From assembly GCA_964586925.1 (NCBI GenBank), contig CAZPJI010000009.1, positions 3,683 through 67,682 on the forward strand: a DNA stretch of 64,000 bases, written 5' to 3'. Position numbers and translations under genes: made by a program. The first letter of the stretch is position 1; the number at the start of each line of letters is the position of its first letter. The DNA comes from an uncultured Gammaproteobacteria bacterium. Its GTDB lineage: Bacteria; Pseudomonadota; Gammaproteobacteria; JAKDMP01. Below, in pieces: positions 1-10,025 of the stretch. The notes beneath the pieces were generated by a model that searched no databases, was not told the origin of the DNA, and saw nothing but the letters and a program-made list of their open reading frames with translations.

Positions 1-192
1 TCCCCGGCGCCGGATGCCAGTCCCTTCGTCGAGGTGGGCCAGAGCGTGAAGGAAGGTGACGTGTTGTGCATCATCGAGGCGATGAAGATGATGAACCAGA
101 TCACCGCCGACCGCGCCGGCACGGTCAAGGCCATCGAGGTGGAAAACGGCGACCCGGTCGAGTTCGGCCAGACCTTGATCCTGCTCGGATAA
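1..192 (+). CDS. accB: Acetyl-CoA carboxylase biotin carboxyl carrier protein, 3' partial
   Basis: Frame 1 translates to ...[57 protein letters not shown]. The EAMKMM biotinyl-lysine motif is present. The stop codon TAA is at 190-192, immediately upstream of accC. Confidence 0.9.
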   Translation, partial: SPAPDASPFVEVGQSVKEGDVLCIIEAMKMMNQITADRAGTVKAIEVENGDPVEFGQTLILLG

Positions 193-202
193 GGGGCTGC
201 CC

Positions 203-1546
203 ATGTTTGACAAGATTTTGATCGCTAACCGCGGCGAGATTGCCTTACGGATCCTGCGTGCCTGTCGCGAACTCGGCGTCCGCACGGTCGCGGCCTATTC
301 GACCGCGGACCGCGACCTCAAGCACGTGCTGCTCGCCGACGAGGCCGTGTGCATCGGCCCGCCCGCCGCGGCGAAGAGCTATCTCGACATCCCGGCGCTG
401 ATATCCGTAGCGGAAGTCACCGATGCCGAAGCGATTCATCCCGGTTACGGCTTCCTTGCCGAAAACGCCGATTTCGCCGAGCGCGTGGAGCAGAGCGGGT
501 TCGTGTTCATCGGCCCGCGCGCGGAAACAATCCGCCTGATGGGCGACAAGGTGTCCGCCAAGCAGGCCATGCGCGAGGCCGGCGTGCCCACCGTGCCCGG
601 CTCGGACGGCGCCTTGCCCAACGACCTGGCCGAGGTGCAGAAGATCGCCCGCTCGGTGGGCTACCCCGTTCTGCTCAAGGCAGCGGCCGGCGGTGGCGGC
701 CGCGGCATGCGCGTGGTGCACAGCGAGGCCGGGCTCGGCAACGCGCTCACGCTGGTCAAGTCCGAGGCCAAGGCGGCCTTCGGCGATGACAGCATCTATC
801 TCGAGAAATACCTGGGCCATCCGCGTCATGTGGAAATCCAGGTCCTGGGCGACGGCAAGGGCCATGCGATTCACCTGGGCGAGCGCGATTGCTCCATGCA
901 GCGGCGCCACCAGAAAGTGATCGAGGAAGCGCCGGGGCCCGGCATCACCCCGAAGCAGCGTGCGGCGATCGGCAAGCGCTGCGTCGAGGCCTGCCAGCGC
1001 ATCAAGTACCGCGGCGCGGGCACCTTCGAGTTCCTGTTCGAGGACGGCGAGTTTTATTTCATCGAGATGAACACGCGCATTCAGGTCGAGCATCCGGTGA
1101 CCGAGTTCATCACCGGTGTGGACTTGGTGGCGGAGCAGATTCGCATCGCTGCCGGAGAGGGACTTTCACGGCGCCAGGAGGACATCGAGTTCCGTGGTCA
1201 TGCGATCGAGGCGCGCATCAATGCCGAGGATCCGAAAACGTTCACCCCGTCTCCCGGCAAGGTCACCGAATGGCATGCCCCGGGTGGACCCGGCGTACGC
1301 GTGGATTCGCATCTGTATGCCGGCTATTCTGTGCCGCCTTACTACGATTCTCTGATCGGCAAGCTGGTCGTGTGGGGCGAGGACCGTGCGACGGCGCTGG
1401 CGCGCATGCGCACGGCGCTCGACGAGATGGTGGTCGAGGGGATCCATACCAACATCGACCTGCACAAGAGCCTGGTACACGATGCCGCGTTCATCGCCGG
1501 CGGCACAGACATCCACTACCTTGAGCACAAACTCGAGCGACGCTGA
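203..1546 (+). CDS. accC: Biotin carboxylase (acetyl-CoA carboxylase subunit)
   Basis: 447 aa. It carries the ATP-grasp motifs [17 protein letters not shown] and [10 protein letters not shown], and shows full-length colinearity with AccC. It sits in the classic accB-accC arrangement. Confidence 0.95.
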   Translation: MFDKILIANRGEIALRILRACRELGVRTVAAYSTADRDLKHVLLADEAVCIGPPAAAKSYLDIPALISVAEVTDAEAIHPGYGFLAENADFAERVEQSGFVFIGPRAETIRLMGDKVSAKQAMREAGVPTVPGSDGALPNDLAEVQKIARSVGYPVLLKAAAGGGGRGMRVVHSEAGLGNALTLVKSEAKAAFGDDSIYLEKYLGHPRHVEIQVLGDGKGHAIHLGERDCSMQRRHQKVIEEAPGPGITPKQRAAIGKRCVEACQRIKYRGAGTFEFLFEDGEFYFIEMNTRIQVEHPVTEFITGVDLVAEQIRIAAGEGLSRRQEDIEFRGHAIEARINAEDPKTFTPSPGKVTEWHAPGGPGVRVDSHLYAGYSVPPYYDSLIGKLVVWGEDRATALARMRTALDEMVVEGIHTNIDLHKSLVHDAAFIAGGTDIHYLEHKLERR

Positions 1547-1568
1547 GCCTCGCGCCGCTCGCATAGAG

Positions 1569-2414
1569 TTGCGGGTCCGGACCACGGCGGAAGAGGCGTG
1601 GTCGCTCAGCGACGCCCTGGAATCTCTGGGCGCGCTCAGCGTTACGCTCGAGCCCCTGGGAAACAGCGCCCCGCAGTTGGAGCCGGCACCCGGGACCACG
1701 CCGTTGTGGCCGGAGCTCGAACTCCGCGCGCTTTTCGCGCGGAGCCGAGAGGCCGGTCGCGCCACGGAGCAACTGCGTGCGGATGGCTTTGATCTGGTGC
1801 TCGCCGAGTGTCCTGAACGCGACTGGGTGGCGGTGGGACGTGCCGGCCTGGAGCCTTTCGAGGTGGACGGCAAGTTGTGGATCGTACCCGACTGGTGCGA
1901 GACGCCCGACACGGAGCTGCCGGTGGTTCGCATCGCCCCGGGCCTCGCTTTCGGCACGGGCAGCCATCCCACGACGGCGCTCTGCCTCGAATGGCTGGTC
2001 AGTCATGAACTTGCCGGGAAGCGTGTCATTGATTACGGCGCAGGCTCGGGCATCCTGGCGTTGGCCGCAGCGCGGCTGGGTGCCGTCGATGTCATCGCCG
2101 TGGATAACGAGCCTCAGGCGATTGTGGCGGTGTGCACCAATGCCGAACTCAATAACCTGGAGGTCTCTGCCGTTGCGCCTGAGAAACTCATGACCGGCGA
2201 GGCGGATATCATCGTCGCCAACATCCTGGCGAGACCATTGGTTTCGTTGGCCCCCGTTTTGCTGGATCATCTGGCTGCCGGTGGGGCACTGGTTCTGTCC
2301 GGCATCACCCGCGATCAGGCCGATGTCGTAGCGGCGGCCTATGCGCCCGCGGCCCATGTGGTGGGCATGCGAAACCGGGGAGACTGGGTCTGCATGGAAT
2401 TGCGGCGGAACTGA
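1569..2414 (+). CDS. prmA: Ribosomal protein L11 methyltransferase
   Basis: The C-terminal methyltransferase fold (GTGSHPTTALCLEWL, DYGAGSGILALAA) aligns with E. coli PrmA along the whole length. The ORF-track start at 1386 lies inside accC, so the start was moved to an in-frame TTG at 1569 that matches the PrmA N-terminus. No ATG is available, so the start is uncertain. Confidence 0.8.
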   Translation: MRVRTTAEEAWSLSDALESLGALSVTLEPLGNSAPQLEPAPGTTPLWPELELRALFARSREAGRATEQLRADGFDLVLAECPERDWVAVGRAGLEPFEVDGKLWIVPDWCETPDTELPVVRIAPGLAFGTGSHPTTALCLEWLVSHELAGKRVIDYGAGSGILALAAARLGAVDVIAVDNEPQAIVAVCTNAELNNLEVSAVAPEKLMTGEADIIVANILARPLVSLAPVLLDHLAAGGALVLSGITRDQADVVAAAYAPAAHVVGMRNRGDWVCMELRRN

Positions 2415-2455
2415 CCGGTCTGCCCGCCCAACCGATCTGCGGATAAACTGAACGC

Positions 2456-3634
2456 ATGGTTACCCAGTGCACGGCCTGTCAGGTCTGGTTCAAGGTTACG
2501 CGCGAGCATTTGCATGCCGCGCACGGCCTCGTGCGCTGTAGTGCCTGCAATACCGTATTCAACGCACTGGCCACATTGCGTCATGACACGCCGGAAGGCG
2601 CCGTTCTCGCGGGCAGCACGACCGCTGTTGGCGGTGTAACCGCAGTCGGTGTCGCACAGCCATCGTCCCGGGAAGACGAAATACCGAAAGTCGAGAGGGG
2701 AGCAGATGCAGAGCCGGCCGAAAAGCAGTCGCGCGCCAGGGGGGATGATGAGGATACGATGCGGGACGGGTTGCAGCTGCAGCCCGCGGACGAAAGCGGA
2801 TCTCCAGGGGGCGAGTCTTATTTGGGCATGCCGATCGAGGAGCCGGGGCCGCAACCTGAGTCTGAATCCGTGCCGGAAATTGCGCAGGAAACCGACAGTC
2901 CGACTTCCGCGCAGGAAACTCTAAACGAGCTCGATCTCTACCTGGCCACGGCACTGGATGATACCGGTATCGATAAGCGTCCAACCGAGACACGGGACGA
3001 GATGGGTGACACAGACACGAGCTCCGGACCGACAGCGCCGCCGGAAGAGGCACTCGACAGCCAGCGGGGAGCGGACATATCGGAAGTGGAGCTGGAAGCC
3101 GGAAAAACGGCTGCGCAGCAGGGAATCGGGGAAGAAAACCGGAACAGCGAAATGGCGCCGATGCCAGCCACGGAACGCGGCGAGCGCTGGCAGCGACGCT
3201 TGTGGAGTCTCGTACTGGGGCTGGCCTCCCTGGCCCTGGCTGGCCAGATCGTTTATGCGCAACGCGAGGCGCTGGGCCGCATGTTCGGCCAGCCGCGCTC
3301 CGCACCGGTGCTCCGTCAATACGCCATCTCGGGCGCCGCGTTGGATGCCGCACAGCAAGGGGTTCTGGTTCTGAAAGGCGCGCTGGTGAATCAGGGACGC
3401 CGTGCGCAACCCTTGCCGCTGATCCGTGTGACCTTGACCGACCGCTACGGTGATACGGTGGGCGCGCGAATTTTATCGCCGCCTCAATATGGCGCCGGTC
3501 AAAAAACCTTGTTGCAAGCGCACCAGCACTTTATGTTCCACGTCAAGCTTGCAGATCCGGGTTCAAGCGCCGTAGGATTCAGCCTTGTGTTGTGCAAACA
3601 TCGTGGGCATTCAATTCTGTGCCAGGACTCATAG
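2456..3634 (+). CDS. DUF3426 / MJ0042-type zinc-ribbon protein with a highly acidic low-complexity central region
   Basis: The N-terminus has CxxC...CxxC (CTACQVWFKV...RCSACNTVF), a zinc ribbon. A D/E/P-rich linker occupies the middle, then a predicted TM segment (LWSLVLGLASLALAG). The C-terminal domain is DUF3426-like (RVTLTDRYGDTVGARI). The gene sits at the conserved prmA-downstream position. Confidence 0.7.
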   Translation: MVTQCTACQVWFKVTREHLHAAHGLVRCSACNTVFNALATLRHDTPEGAVLAGSTTAVGGVTAVGVAQPSSREDEIPKVERGADAEPAEKQSRARGDDEDTMRDGLQLQPADESGSPGGESYLGMPIEEPGPQPESESVPEIAQETDSPTSAQETLNELDLYLATALDDTGIDKRPTETRDEMGDTDTSSGPTAPPEEALDSQRGADISEVELEAGKTAAQQGIGEENRNSEMAPMPATERGERWQRRLWSLVLGLASLALAGQIVYAQREALGRMFGQPRSAPVLRQYAISGAALDAAQQGVLVLKGALVNQGRRAQPLPLIRVTLTDRYGDTVGARILSPPQYGAGQKTLLQAHQHFMFHVKLADPGSSAVGFSLVLCKHRGHSILCQDS

Positions 3635-3668
3635 TCACAACGGGTAGCAACTATATGGGGCTGGAAAG

Positions 3669-3965
3669 TTGACACTCGAAGCATTAGTGCAGACGCAGGA
3701 CGCGCAGTTGGTAAAAACTGAAACCACATCGCCGGATCAACAGCCGTTGCGCGAATGCCTGGCGCAGCACCTGGATGCTTATTTCAGCGAATTGGATGGC
3801 GAGGTTTCCGGGACGCTCTACAAGCTCGTGATCGCCGAAATCGAGCCGCCGCTCTTCGAGCACGTGCTCAAGCATACGCGCGGTAACGTCAGCCGGGCCG
3901 CGGAAATGCTCGGTATTCACCGTTCCACTCTGCGGCGCAAGCTGATCAACTACGGGCTGATCTAA
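3669..3965 (+). CDS. fis: DNA-binding protein Fis (nucleoid-associated, HTH)
   Basis: 98 aa. PLRECLAQHLDAYF...LYKLVIAEIEPPLFEHVLKHTRGNVSRAAEMLGIHRSTLRRKLINYGLI aligns residue-for-residue with E. coli Fis. It has a TTG start. Confidence 0.85.
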   Translation: MTLEALVQTQDAQLVKTETTSPDQQPLRECLAQHLDAYFSELDGEVSGTLYKLVIAEIEPPLFEHVLKHTRGNVSRAAEMLGIHRSTLRRKLINYGLI

Positions 3966-4032
3966 ATTCCCCTATATTCGGGGCTAAGCCTGCCGGGCAC
4001 GTATAATTGGCCCCCGCGATCAGACCGGTTCT

Positions 4033-5592
4033 TTGCCCATGTCCTCCGAACGGCCCATCCGCCGCGCCCTGCTGTCCGTGTCCGACAAGACGGGGCTCGC
4101 CGATTTTTCCCGCGAACTCAGCGCTGCGGGCGTTGAACTGATTTCCACCGGCGGCAGTGCGCGCGAGTTGCGCGCGGCCGGGCTGTCCGTAATGGACGTG
4201 TCCGAAGTGACCGGCGTCAGCGAAATGATGGGCGGGCGCGTCAAAACGCTCCATCCCCGCATCCATGGCGGTATCCTGGCCCGCCGTGGGGAAGACGAGC
4301 CGGAACTCGAGCGCCATGGGATTACACCCATCGACCTCGTCGTCACCAACCTTTACCCCTTCGAGGTTACGATCGCCAGGGAAGGCGTCGGCGAAGCCGA
4401 AGCGGTCGAGCAGATCGACATTGGCGGGCCGGCGATGATCCGTGCCGCCGCGAAGAATTTCTCCGCAGTGACCGTGGTGGTCGATCCCGCGGATTATCCG
4501 GCTGTAGCTGCCAGCATCCGCGAACAGGGCGGGGTGAGTCTCGAGGAGCGCCGCCGGCTCGCCGCCAAGGCGTTTGCCCGAACCGCCGCGTATGACGCTG
4601 CCATCGAGCGCTGGTTTGACCGCGACGGCGATGCTTTTCCGAGTATTTATGCGCCGCGATTCGAGCGGATCAGCGAATTGCGCTACGGAGAAAACCCGCA
4701 TCAACGCGCCGCCCTTTATCGCGAAGCGCAGGCGGGTGCCGGCACCGTGGTCAACGTCCGCCAGCACCAGGGCAAGGCCTTGTCTTTCAATAACCTGGCC
4801 GACACGGAAGCAGCGCTCCATGCCGCAAGCGGATTCGCCGCCCCCACCTGCGTCATCGTCAAACACCTCAATCCCTGCGGCATAGCCAGTGCGGAGAACC
4901 TGCACGCCGCCTATACGAAGGCCTTTGCCTGCGATCCGACTTCGGCGTTCGGCGGCATTATTGCCTGCAACCGCATGCTCGACGCTGAGACGGCAAAAGC
5001 GATCGTGGCCAACCAGTTCGTCGAAGTCATCGTTGCGCCGGATGTCACCGACGATGCGCTTTCGGCTTTATCCGCCAAGCCGAATGTGCGTGTCCTGTCC
5101 TGTGGCGATCTCGCCGAACGCCGGGAAACGCTCGAATTGCGCCAGTTGGCCGGCGGCGTTTTGCTGCAGGATGCGGATCCGCTGCGTCCGCTCTCTGCCG
5201 ACGCGGAAGTCGTGTCACGGCGCTCGCCTGACGAGTCCGAATGGCAAGCCATGGACTTTGCCTGGCGCGCCGTGCAGGCCGTCCGTTCCAATGCCATCGT
5301 GCTGGCTACCGAAAACGCGACCATCGGCATCGGCGCCGGCCAGATGAGCCGGGTTCTGGCGGTGCGCATCGCCGGAATCAAGGCCGAAGAGGGTGGACAC
5401 GATACGACGGGCGCCGTGCTCGCCAGCGATGCCTTCTTCCCGTTCCGCGACAATATCGACGAAGCGGCGAAAATGGGGATACGCGCCATCGTTCAGCCGG
5501 GTGGCTCGCGCCGTGATCCAGAGGTGATCGAGGCGGCGGATGGGCATGGGATAGCCATGATCTTCACCCACGAACGCCACTTCCGCCACTGA
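4033..5592 (+). CDS. purH: Bifunctional AICAR transformylase / IMP cyclohydrolase
   Basis: 519 aa. N-terminal MGS-like domain (RALLSVSDKTGL, GGILARR) and C-terminal AICARFT domain. Full length. Confidence 0.95.
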   Translation: MPMSSERPIRRALLSVSDKTGLADFSRELSAAGVELISTGGSARELRAAGLSVMDVSEVTGVSEMMGGRVKTLHPRIHGGILARRGEDEPELERHGITPIDLVVTNLYPFEVTIAREGVGEAEAVEQIDIGGPAMIRAAAKNFSAVTVVVDPADYPAVAASIREQGGVSLEERRRLAAKAFARTAAYDAAIERWFDRDGDAFPSIYAPRFERISELRYGENPHQRAALYREAQAGAGTVVNVRQHQGKALSFNNLADTEAALHAASGFAAPTCVIVKHLNPCGIASAENLHAAYTKAFACDPTSAFGGIIACNRMLDAETAKAIVANQFVEVIVAPDVTDDALSALSAKPNVRVLSCGDLAERRETLELRQLAGGVLLQDADPLRPLSADAEVVSRRSPDESEWQAMDFAWRAVQAVRSNAIVLATENATIGIGAGQMSRVLAVRIAGIKAEEGGHDTTGAVLASDAFFPFRDNIDEAAKMGIRAIVQPGGSRRDPEVIEAADGHGIAMIFTHERHFRH

Positions 5593-5614
5593 GACGGCGT
5601 CAGTTGGCCGATAA

Positions 5615-5915
5615 CTTTGTTGCGGGCCTCTCTGCGCTGCTCATGCACTTCTAGTGCACTCCGCTGCTCGCGAGCCCCGCGCCGCGTTCTCGCCCAACTG
5701 ACGCCGTCTCTGCGTCTCCGTTGAAAGCTGCGGGCGCTGCTTATGTACTGATGCGTATACTCCGTTGCTCGCAAGGGCTGCGCCGTGCGCTCGAACAACT
5801 CAGGCCACCTCAGCGTCTTCGTTGAAAGCTGTAGGTGCTGCTCATCATGTACTGACAAATGCACTCCGCTGCAGCGAGGGCTGCGTCGCATTCTCTCTTG
5901 ACCGTGGTCAGCGCG
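5615..5915. repeat. Three tandem copies of a ~100-bp intergenic repeat (period 99-102 bp)
   Basis: Each copy contains the core GCTGCT(C/T)ATG(C/T)ACT ... (G/A)T(G/A)CACTCCG(C/T)TGC(T)CGCGAG/CAAG. The core starts at 5655, 5755 and 5857. A second conserved block CGTCT(C/T)CGTTGAAAGCTG(C/T)(G/A)GG(C/T)GCTGCT lies at 5716 and 5813. Confidence 0.8.
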
Positions 5916-5975
5916 TGTGCGCGATAGCAGGTTTGGTCATGGTCCGGGTGCGGCACGTGTGCTACATTCAAACGA

Positions 5976-6761
5976 ATGGATGAATCGTCCTCGTCAGCCC
6001 CGGCCAAGGCGCCAGCTGCGCCGCCGCCACTGCATGTCCTGGCGGATGACGGAGGGCGCCGGGCGTTGTTTCTGGATTTCGATGGGACGTTGGTCGATCT
6101 GGCGCCTTCGCCGGAGGAAATCAACGTACCTCCGGAATTGCCCCGTTTGCTTCAGGAACTGGCAACGGATTTCGCCGGCGCCTTGGCCATTTTCACTGGC
6201 CGCACGTTGGCCAATCTGGATCGCCACCTTGGAATCCATTTGCCGGCTGCGGGTCAGCACGGCGTCCAACGACGCCTGAAAGCGGACGAGCAACCACAGG
6301 AAATCCCCTTGCCCTCGCTGGACGGGGCGCGTTCCAGGCTGCATGAACTGATCGCGGCCTGGCCCCGACTGTTGGTCGAAGACAAGGGCTCGACGCTGGC
6401 CGTGCATTACCGCGCCGATCCCGGGGCCAGGGAACAGGTTCATGCCCTGTTCGAGGAGATCGTTGCCGCCTCCGGGAATACTCTGGAGATACAGGAAGGC
6501 AAATATGTCTATGAGCTGCGTCCCGCGGGCGTCGACAAGGGCGTGGCCTTGAACGCTTTTATGCAAACGCCGCCCTTTGCCGGGTGCCTGCCTCTGGTGG
6601 TGGGTGATGACGTGACCGATGAAGCCGCTTTCGAAGCGGCCCTGCGCGCCGGCGGGTCTGCGGTGAAGGTCGGTGAAGGGGTGACATGTGCACCGTGGAG
6701 CATCGCTAGCCCGTATAAGGTGCGCATCTGGCTGCAAGCTATGTTGGAGGCCGGCCGATGA
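5976..6761 (+). CDS. otsB: Trehalose-6-phosphate phosphatase (HAD superfamily)
   Basis: HAD motif I LFLDFDGTLVD. The length (~260 aa) and its position immediately upstream of otsA with an ATGA overlap support the call. Confidence 0.85.
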   Translation: MDESSSSAPAKAPAAPPPLHVLADDGGRRALFLDFDGTLVDLAPSPEEINVPPELPRLLQELATDFAGALAIFTGRTLANLDRHLGIHLPAAGQHGVQRRLKADEQPQEIPLPSLDGARSRLHELIAAWPRLLVEDKGSTLAVHYRADPGAREQVHALFEEIVAASGNTLEIQEGKYVYELRPAGVDKGVALNAFMQTPPFAGCLPLVVGDDVTDEAAFEAALRAGGSAVKVGEGVTCAPWSIASPYKVRIWLQAMLEAGR

Positions 6762-8155
6762 GTGTTTCGGGTTCACGCCTGGTGGTGGTATCGAATCGCG
6801 TGGCCGTGCCACGGGCGGGGCGTCCCGCCTCCGGCGGTCTTGCTGTGGCCGTCAATTCTGCGCTCGCCGAGCGGGGCGGCCTGTGGTTCGGTTGGAATGG
6901 CCGCGTTGTGTCGGAGCGTCCTTCGCGTCTGTCGCATCAGCAACGCGGCAACGTCGAATATGCCACCACGGCGCTCAGCTCTGCCGACCATGCGGATTAT
7001 TACCTGGGGTTCGCCAACCGCGTGCTGTGGCCCCTGATGCATGAGAGGCTTGCGATGCTGACCTACCGGCGCCATTATGAGAAGGCTTACCGTAGCACCA
7101 ACGCATGGTTTGCCGAGAGCTTGATGCGCCTGATGCAGCCCAACGACATGGTATGGGTTCACGATTATCACCTTGTGCCGCTCGCCTCCGAATTGCGTCA
7201 GCGCGGCTTTCGGGGTTCGATCGGTTTTTTCCTGCACACCCCGTTTCCTCCGCTCGACATATTGCGTTGCCTGCCCATCTATCGCACATTCCTCGAGTGG
7301 TTGTGCGCCTATGACCTGATCGGGCTGCAAACCGACATAGACCGGCATGCGTTTCTCGATGCGGTTGCTTATGACCTGCATGCGCGCCGGAGCCGCGGGG
7401 GAGGGGTTCGTTTCAATGGACGGGAGACGGCAACAGGTGTTTTCCCGGTAGGCGCGGATGTCGATGAAATCGTGGACCAGGCGCGCCGTGGACGCAGTTC
7501 GCGCCAGGTGCGCTCCTTGAAGCAGAGTCTGGCGGGGCGGCGCCTGATCATCGGGGCGGATCGGCTGGATTACTCGAAGGGACTGATTGAGCGCTTGTGT
7601 GCCTATGAGCACTTGCTTGATGAGCACAAGGAGCTGCACGGGGACATCGTGTATCTGCAGGTTGCCGAACCGTCCCGCTCAGAGGTCCCAGAGTACCTGG
7701 AAATGCGCCACAGGCTGGACCAGATGGCGGGTGAAATCATTGGCAAGCACGCGCGCTTCGACTGGATGCCCATCCGTTACATGAGCCAGCGAATCCGGCG
7801 CCCGACGCTTCTTGCGTTTTTCTCGGCGGCCCGGGTCGGACTTGTCACGCCGTTGCGTGATGGCATGAACCTGGTTGCCAAGGAATACGTGTCCGCCCAG
7901 GAGCCGGGAGACCCGGGTGTGCTGGTGCTTTCGGAATTGGCAGGTGCCGCGCGGGAGCTCGATGCCGCCATGCTGGTCAATCCCTATGACGTCGAGGCTA
8001 CGGGGGATGCTATCGCGCAGGCCCTGAACATGCCACTCGATGAACGCCATGCGCGCTGGAAGCAGCTCATGGCCACGGTGCGCAAGAACGATATTCTCAC
8101 CTGGAGCGAGCGGTATCTGGGGCGCTTGGAAGCGACCCGGCATGGGACGCAGTGA
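6758..8155 (+). CDS. otsA: Alpha,alpha-trehalose-phosphate synthase (GT20)
   Basis: 465 aa. [10 protein letters not shown]-terminus, WVHDYHL, and GT20 family colinearity. Confidence 0.9.
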   Translation: MSVSGSRLVVVSNRVAVPRAGRPASGGLAVAVNSALAERGGLWFGWNGRVVSERPSRLSHQQRGNVEYATTALSSADHADYYLGFANRVLWPLMHERLAMLTYRRHYEKAYRSTNAWFAESLMRLMQPNDMVWVHDYHLVPLASELRQRGFRGSIGFFLHTPFPPLDILRCLPIYRTFLEWLCAYDLIGLQTDIDRHAFLDAVAYDLHARRSRGGGVRFNGRETATGVFPVGADVDEIVDQARRGRSSRQVRSLKQSLAGRRLIIGADRLDYSKGLIERLCAYEHLLDEHKELHGDIVYLQVAEPSRSEVPEYLEMRHRLDQMAGEIIGKHARFDWMPIRYMSQRIRRPTLLAFFSAARVGLVTPLRDGMNLVAKEYVSAQEPGDPGVLVLSELAGAARELDAAMLVNPYDVEATGDAIAQALNMPLDERHARWKQLMATVRKNDILTWSERYLGRLEATRHGTQ

Positions 8156-9123
8156 TGCAGAGACTGATCGGTGATATCGGTGGAACAAATACCCGCCTGG
8201 CCCTGGTGCAGGAAGGCACCGAATGGTCGCACATGCAGAGTTTCCGCAACGACGAATACGACTCCTTGGAAGCGGTCATCGAGCATTACCTGCAGTCGCA
8301 CGACGCCCATCCCGATGCCGCGGCGTTGGCAGTGGCAGGTCCAGTGCGCGATGACCGGGTGCGACTCACCAATCGTGGCTGGGTGGTCGATGCCATAGGG
8401 TTGAAGCGGAAATTTTCCCTTGAATACTGCCGCGTGGTGAACGATTTTTCGGCGGTGGCCATGGGTATCCCCGCGCTGGAAGGGGATGTTCTTGAGCAAC
8501 TGGGGGGAGATCGACCCAACAGCGAGGCGCCGATTGCTATCGTGGGGCCGGGCACAGGCCTGGGCGTAGGCGGGATCGTGCCGGGCGACGGCGGAGGGCG
8601 CATTCTCGTGACCGAAGGCGGCCACGCGAGCTTGCCGGCGAATGACGATCAGCAAGCGGCGATCCTGGGCACCCTGCGCCGGCGATTCGGGCACGTGTCC
8701 CGCGAGAGAGTTATTTCCGGCCAGGGCATAGAAAACCTCTATAGGGCGTTGGCCGAGATACAGGGGCTTGATGTCGAGCCGCTCTCCGCGGCCGAGATAG
8801 GCGAAGCAGCAGCCGGGCGCGATGACACGCTGGCCAACGAGACCTTGGACCAGTTTTTCCGATTCCTCGGAGCAGTCGCAGGCGATCTTGCGCTGTCCTA
8901 TGGCGCGTTCGGGGGCGTTTACCTGGCAGGCGGGATCGTACCGCGTTACCTGCAGAGATTCCGCGATTCCGGATTCCGGCAAGCGTTCGAGGCCAAGGGC
9001 CGGATGAGTGAATACCTGAAACCGATTCCTGTTTTCGTTATCCTGCACGAGGAAGTAGAATTGCTCGGGCTTGCGGCAAGTCTTGATGCCCGCGAAAAAA
9101 CAGTTCCCTGGCCCCATCTGTGA
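8152..9123 (+). CDS. glk: Glucokinase
   Basis: 323 aa. The N-terminal LIGDIGGTNTRLALV is the glucokinase ATP-binding motif. It is translationally coupled to otsA by an ATGA overlap. Confidence 0.85.
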   Translation: MMQRLIGDIGGTNTRLALVQEGTEWSHMQSFRNDEYDSLEAVIEHYLQSHDAHPDAAALAVAGPVRDDRVRLTNRGWVVDAIGLKRKFSLEYCRVVNDFSAVAMGIPALEGDVLEQLGGDRPNSEAPIAIVGPGTGLGVGGIVPGDGGGRILVTEGGHASLPANDDQQAAILGTLRRRFGHVSRERVISGQGIENLYRALAEIQGLDVEPLSAAEIGEAAAGRDDTLANETLDQFFRFLGAVAGDLALSYGAFGGVYLAGGIVPRYLQRFRDSGFRQAFEAKGRMSEYLKPIPVFVILHEEVELLGLAASLDAREKTVPWPHL

Positions 9124-9133
9124 GTCAATTGAA

Positions 9134-9991
9134 ATGAATAGGCCCGAAGCGCCAGATAACATTTTGATCAGCCTGATTATTCCCACGTATAACCGCGAAG
9201 AGCTGCTTGTGAACACGTTGCGCTGTGCCTTCGGTCAGGATCGTGACGATTACGAGATCGTGGTGGTCGATCAGACACAGGAGCACGAACCGGCTACCCG
9301 CGATTTTTTGAATGAAAATGCCGGGCGAATAAACTTGGTTCGTTTGCCAACCCCTTCGGTTACTGCGGCTCGCAACGCGGGCATGCGTGTTGCCCGGGGT
9401 GATTTTTTCGTGTTTATCGATGACGATACGAGTTTCGAACCGGATTTTCTTTCCCGTCATCTCGAAGCCCATACGGACGGCATGGGTGCAGTGCAGGGAC
9501 GAGTTACCGAGGACGGCTCTCCGGAGCATGATCACCCTACCTGGGTCAATCGCTGGATTCGCTTCCGGGGCGGAGACAATTGTCCGCATGACGGGACAAC
9601 CAATAACCTGACTGGCTGTAATTTTTCCGTACGGCGCGAAGTGAACGAAAAGATTGGTGGCTTCGACGAGCGTTACATGGGCGTTGCTGTGCGTGAGGAA
9701 TCGGATTACGCCCAGCGGATTATAGCTGCCGGTTACCGCATCGCTTATTCGGCACAGGCTGCAGTATTTCACCATCGCTCGAATCGTGGTGGACACGGCG
9801 AGGGGGGGGATCCCATATTTTTCAACCCCGCGTATTATCAAAGTGAGCTACTTTTTGCCCGTAAGCATTTTTCACCGTTGTCTGTGGCGTTATACCGGGT
9901 GCGGTTAAGATTGCGAGGACGACGTGCGATCAGGCGCCTTGTCAGACAAGCTGATAAAGCAGTGGACAGGGCGTTAAAAATCAAGGAATAA
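9134..9991 (+). CDS. Family 2 glycosyltransferase
   Basis: LISLIIPTYNREELL is the GT-A DXD-fold N-terminus, and a DDD motif (FIDDDTSF) is present. The ATG at 9134 (MNRPEAPDN) is preferred over the ORF-track start at 9071, which overlaps glk. Confidence 0.75.
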   Translation: MNRPEAPDNILISLIIPTYNREELLVNTLRCAFGQDRDDYEIVVVDQTQEHEPATRDFLNENAGRINLVRLPTPSVTAARNAGMRVARGDFFVFIDDDTSFEPDFLSRHLEAHTDGMGAVQGRVTEDGSPEHDHPTWVNRWIRFRGGDNCPHDGTTNNLTGCNFSVRREVNEKIGGFDERYMGVAVREESDYAQRIIAAGYRIAYSAQAAVFHHRSNRGGHGEGGDPIFFNPAYYQSELLFARKHFSPLSVALYRVRLRLRGRRAIRRLVRQADKAVDRALKIKE

Positions 9992-10025
9992 GCCAGCCGC
10001 TCTTTGCCATGCTGCTGCATTGAGT

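Noticed and set aside
245-1093. Long antisense ORFs overlapping accC (and similar ones opposite prmA, argS, kefB, the MNIO gene, fadE and others in the ORF track, e.g. 1166..1972 -, 41689..43206 -, 61858..62925 +, 40222..41331 +)
   Set aside because: In a ~63% GC genome, stop codons are rare on the non-coding frames. These ORFs have Arg/Ala/Pro-rich low-complexity translations. They lie exactly opposite well-supported genes with clear homologues.
1386-1568. ORF-track start of prmA at 1386 inside accC
   Set aside because: It would overlap accC by 160 nt. The PrmA N-terminal alignment begins near 1563-1569.
9071-9133. Upstream-extended start of the GT2 gene (9071) and of rpmE (18390), gltA (18676), pilM (23390), pilN (24496), hemE (32566), the DoxX gene (36140), the DUF2282 gene (38155), the 2-hydroxyacid DH gene (41280), the AKR gene (45671), the YeeE half (48056), the beta-helix protein gene (57409), the ABC ATPase gene (59324) and mdh (59812)
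   Set aside because: In each case a downstream ATG/GTG with an RBS, or a match to the known family N-terminus, is more plausible. The ORF-track coordinates are simply the longest ORFs.
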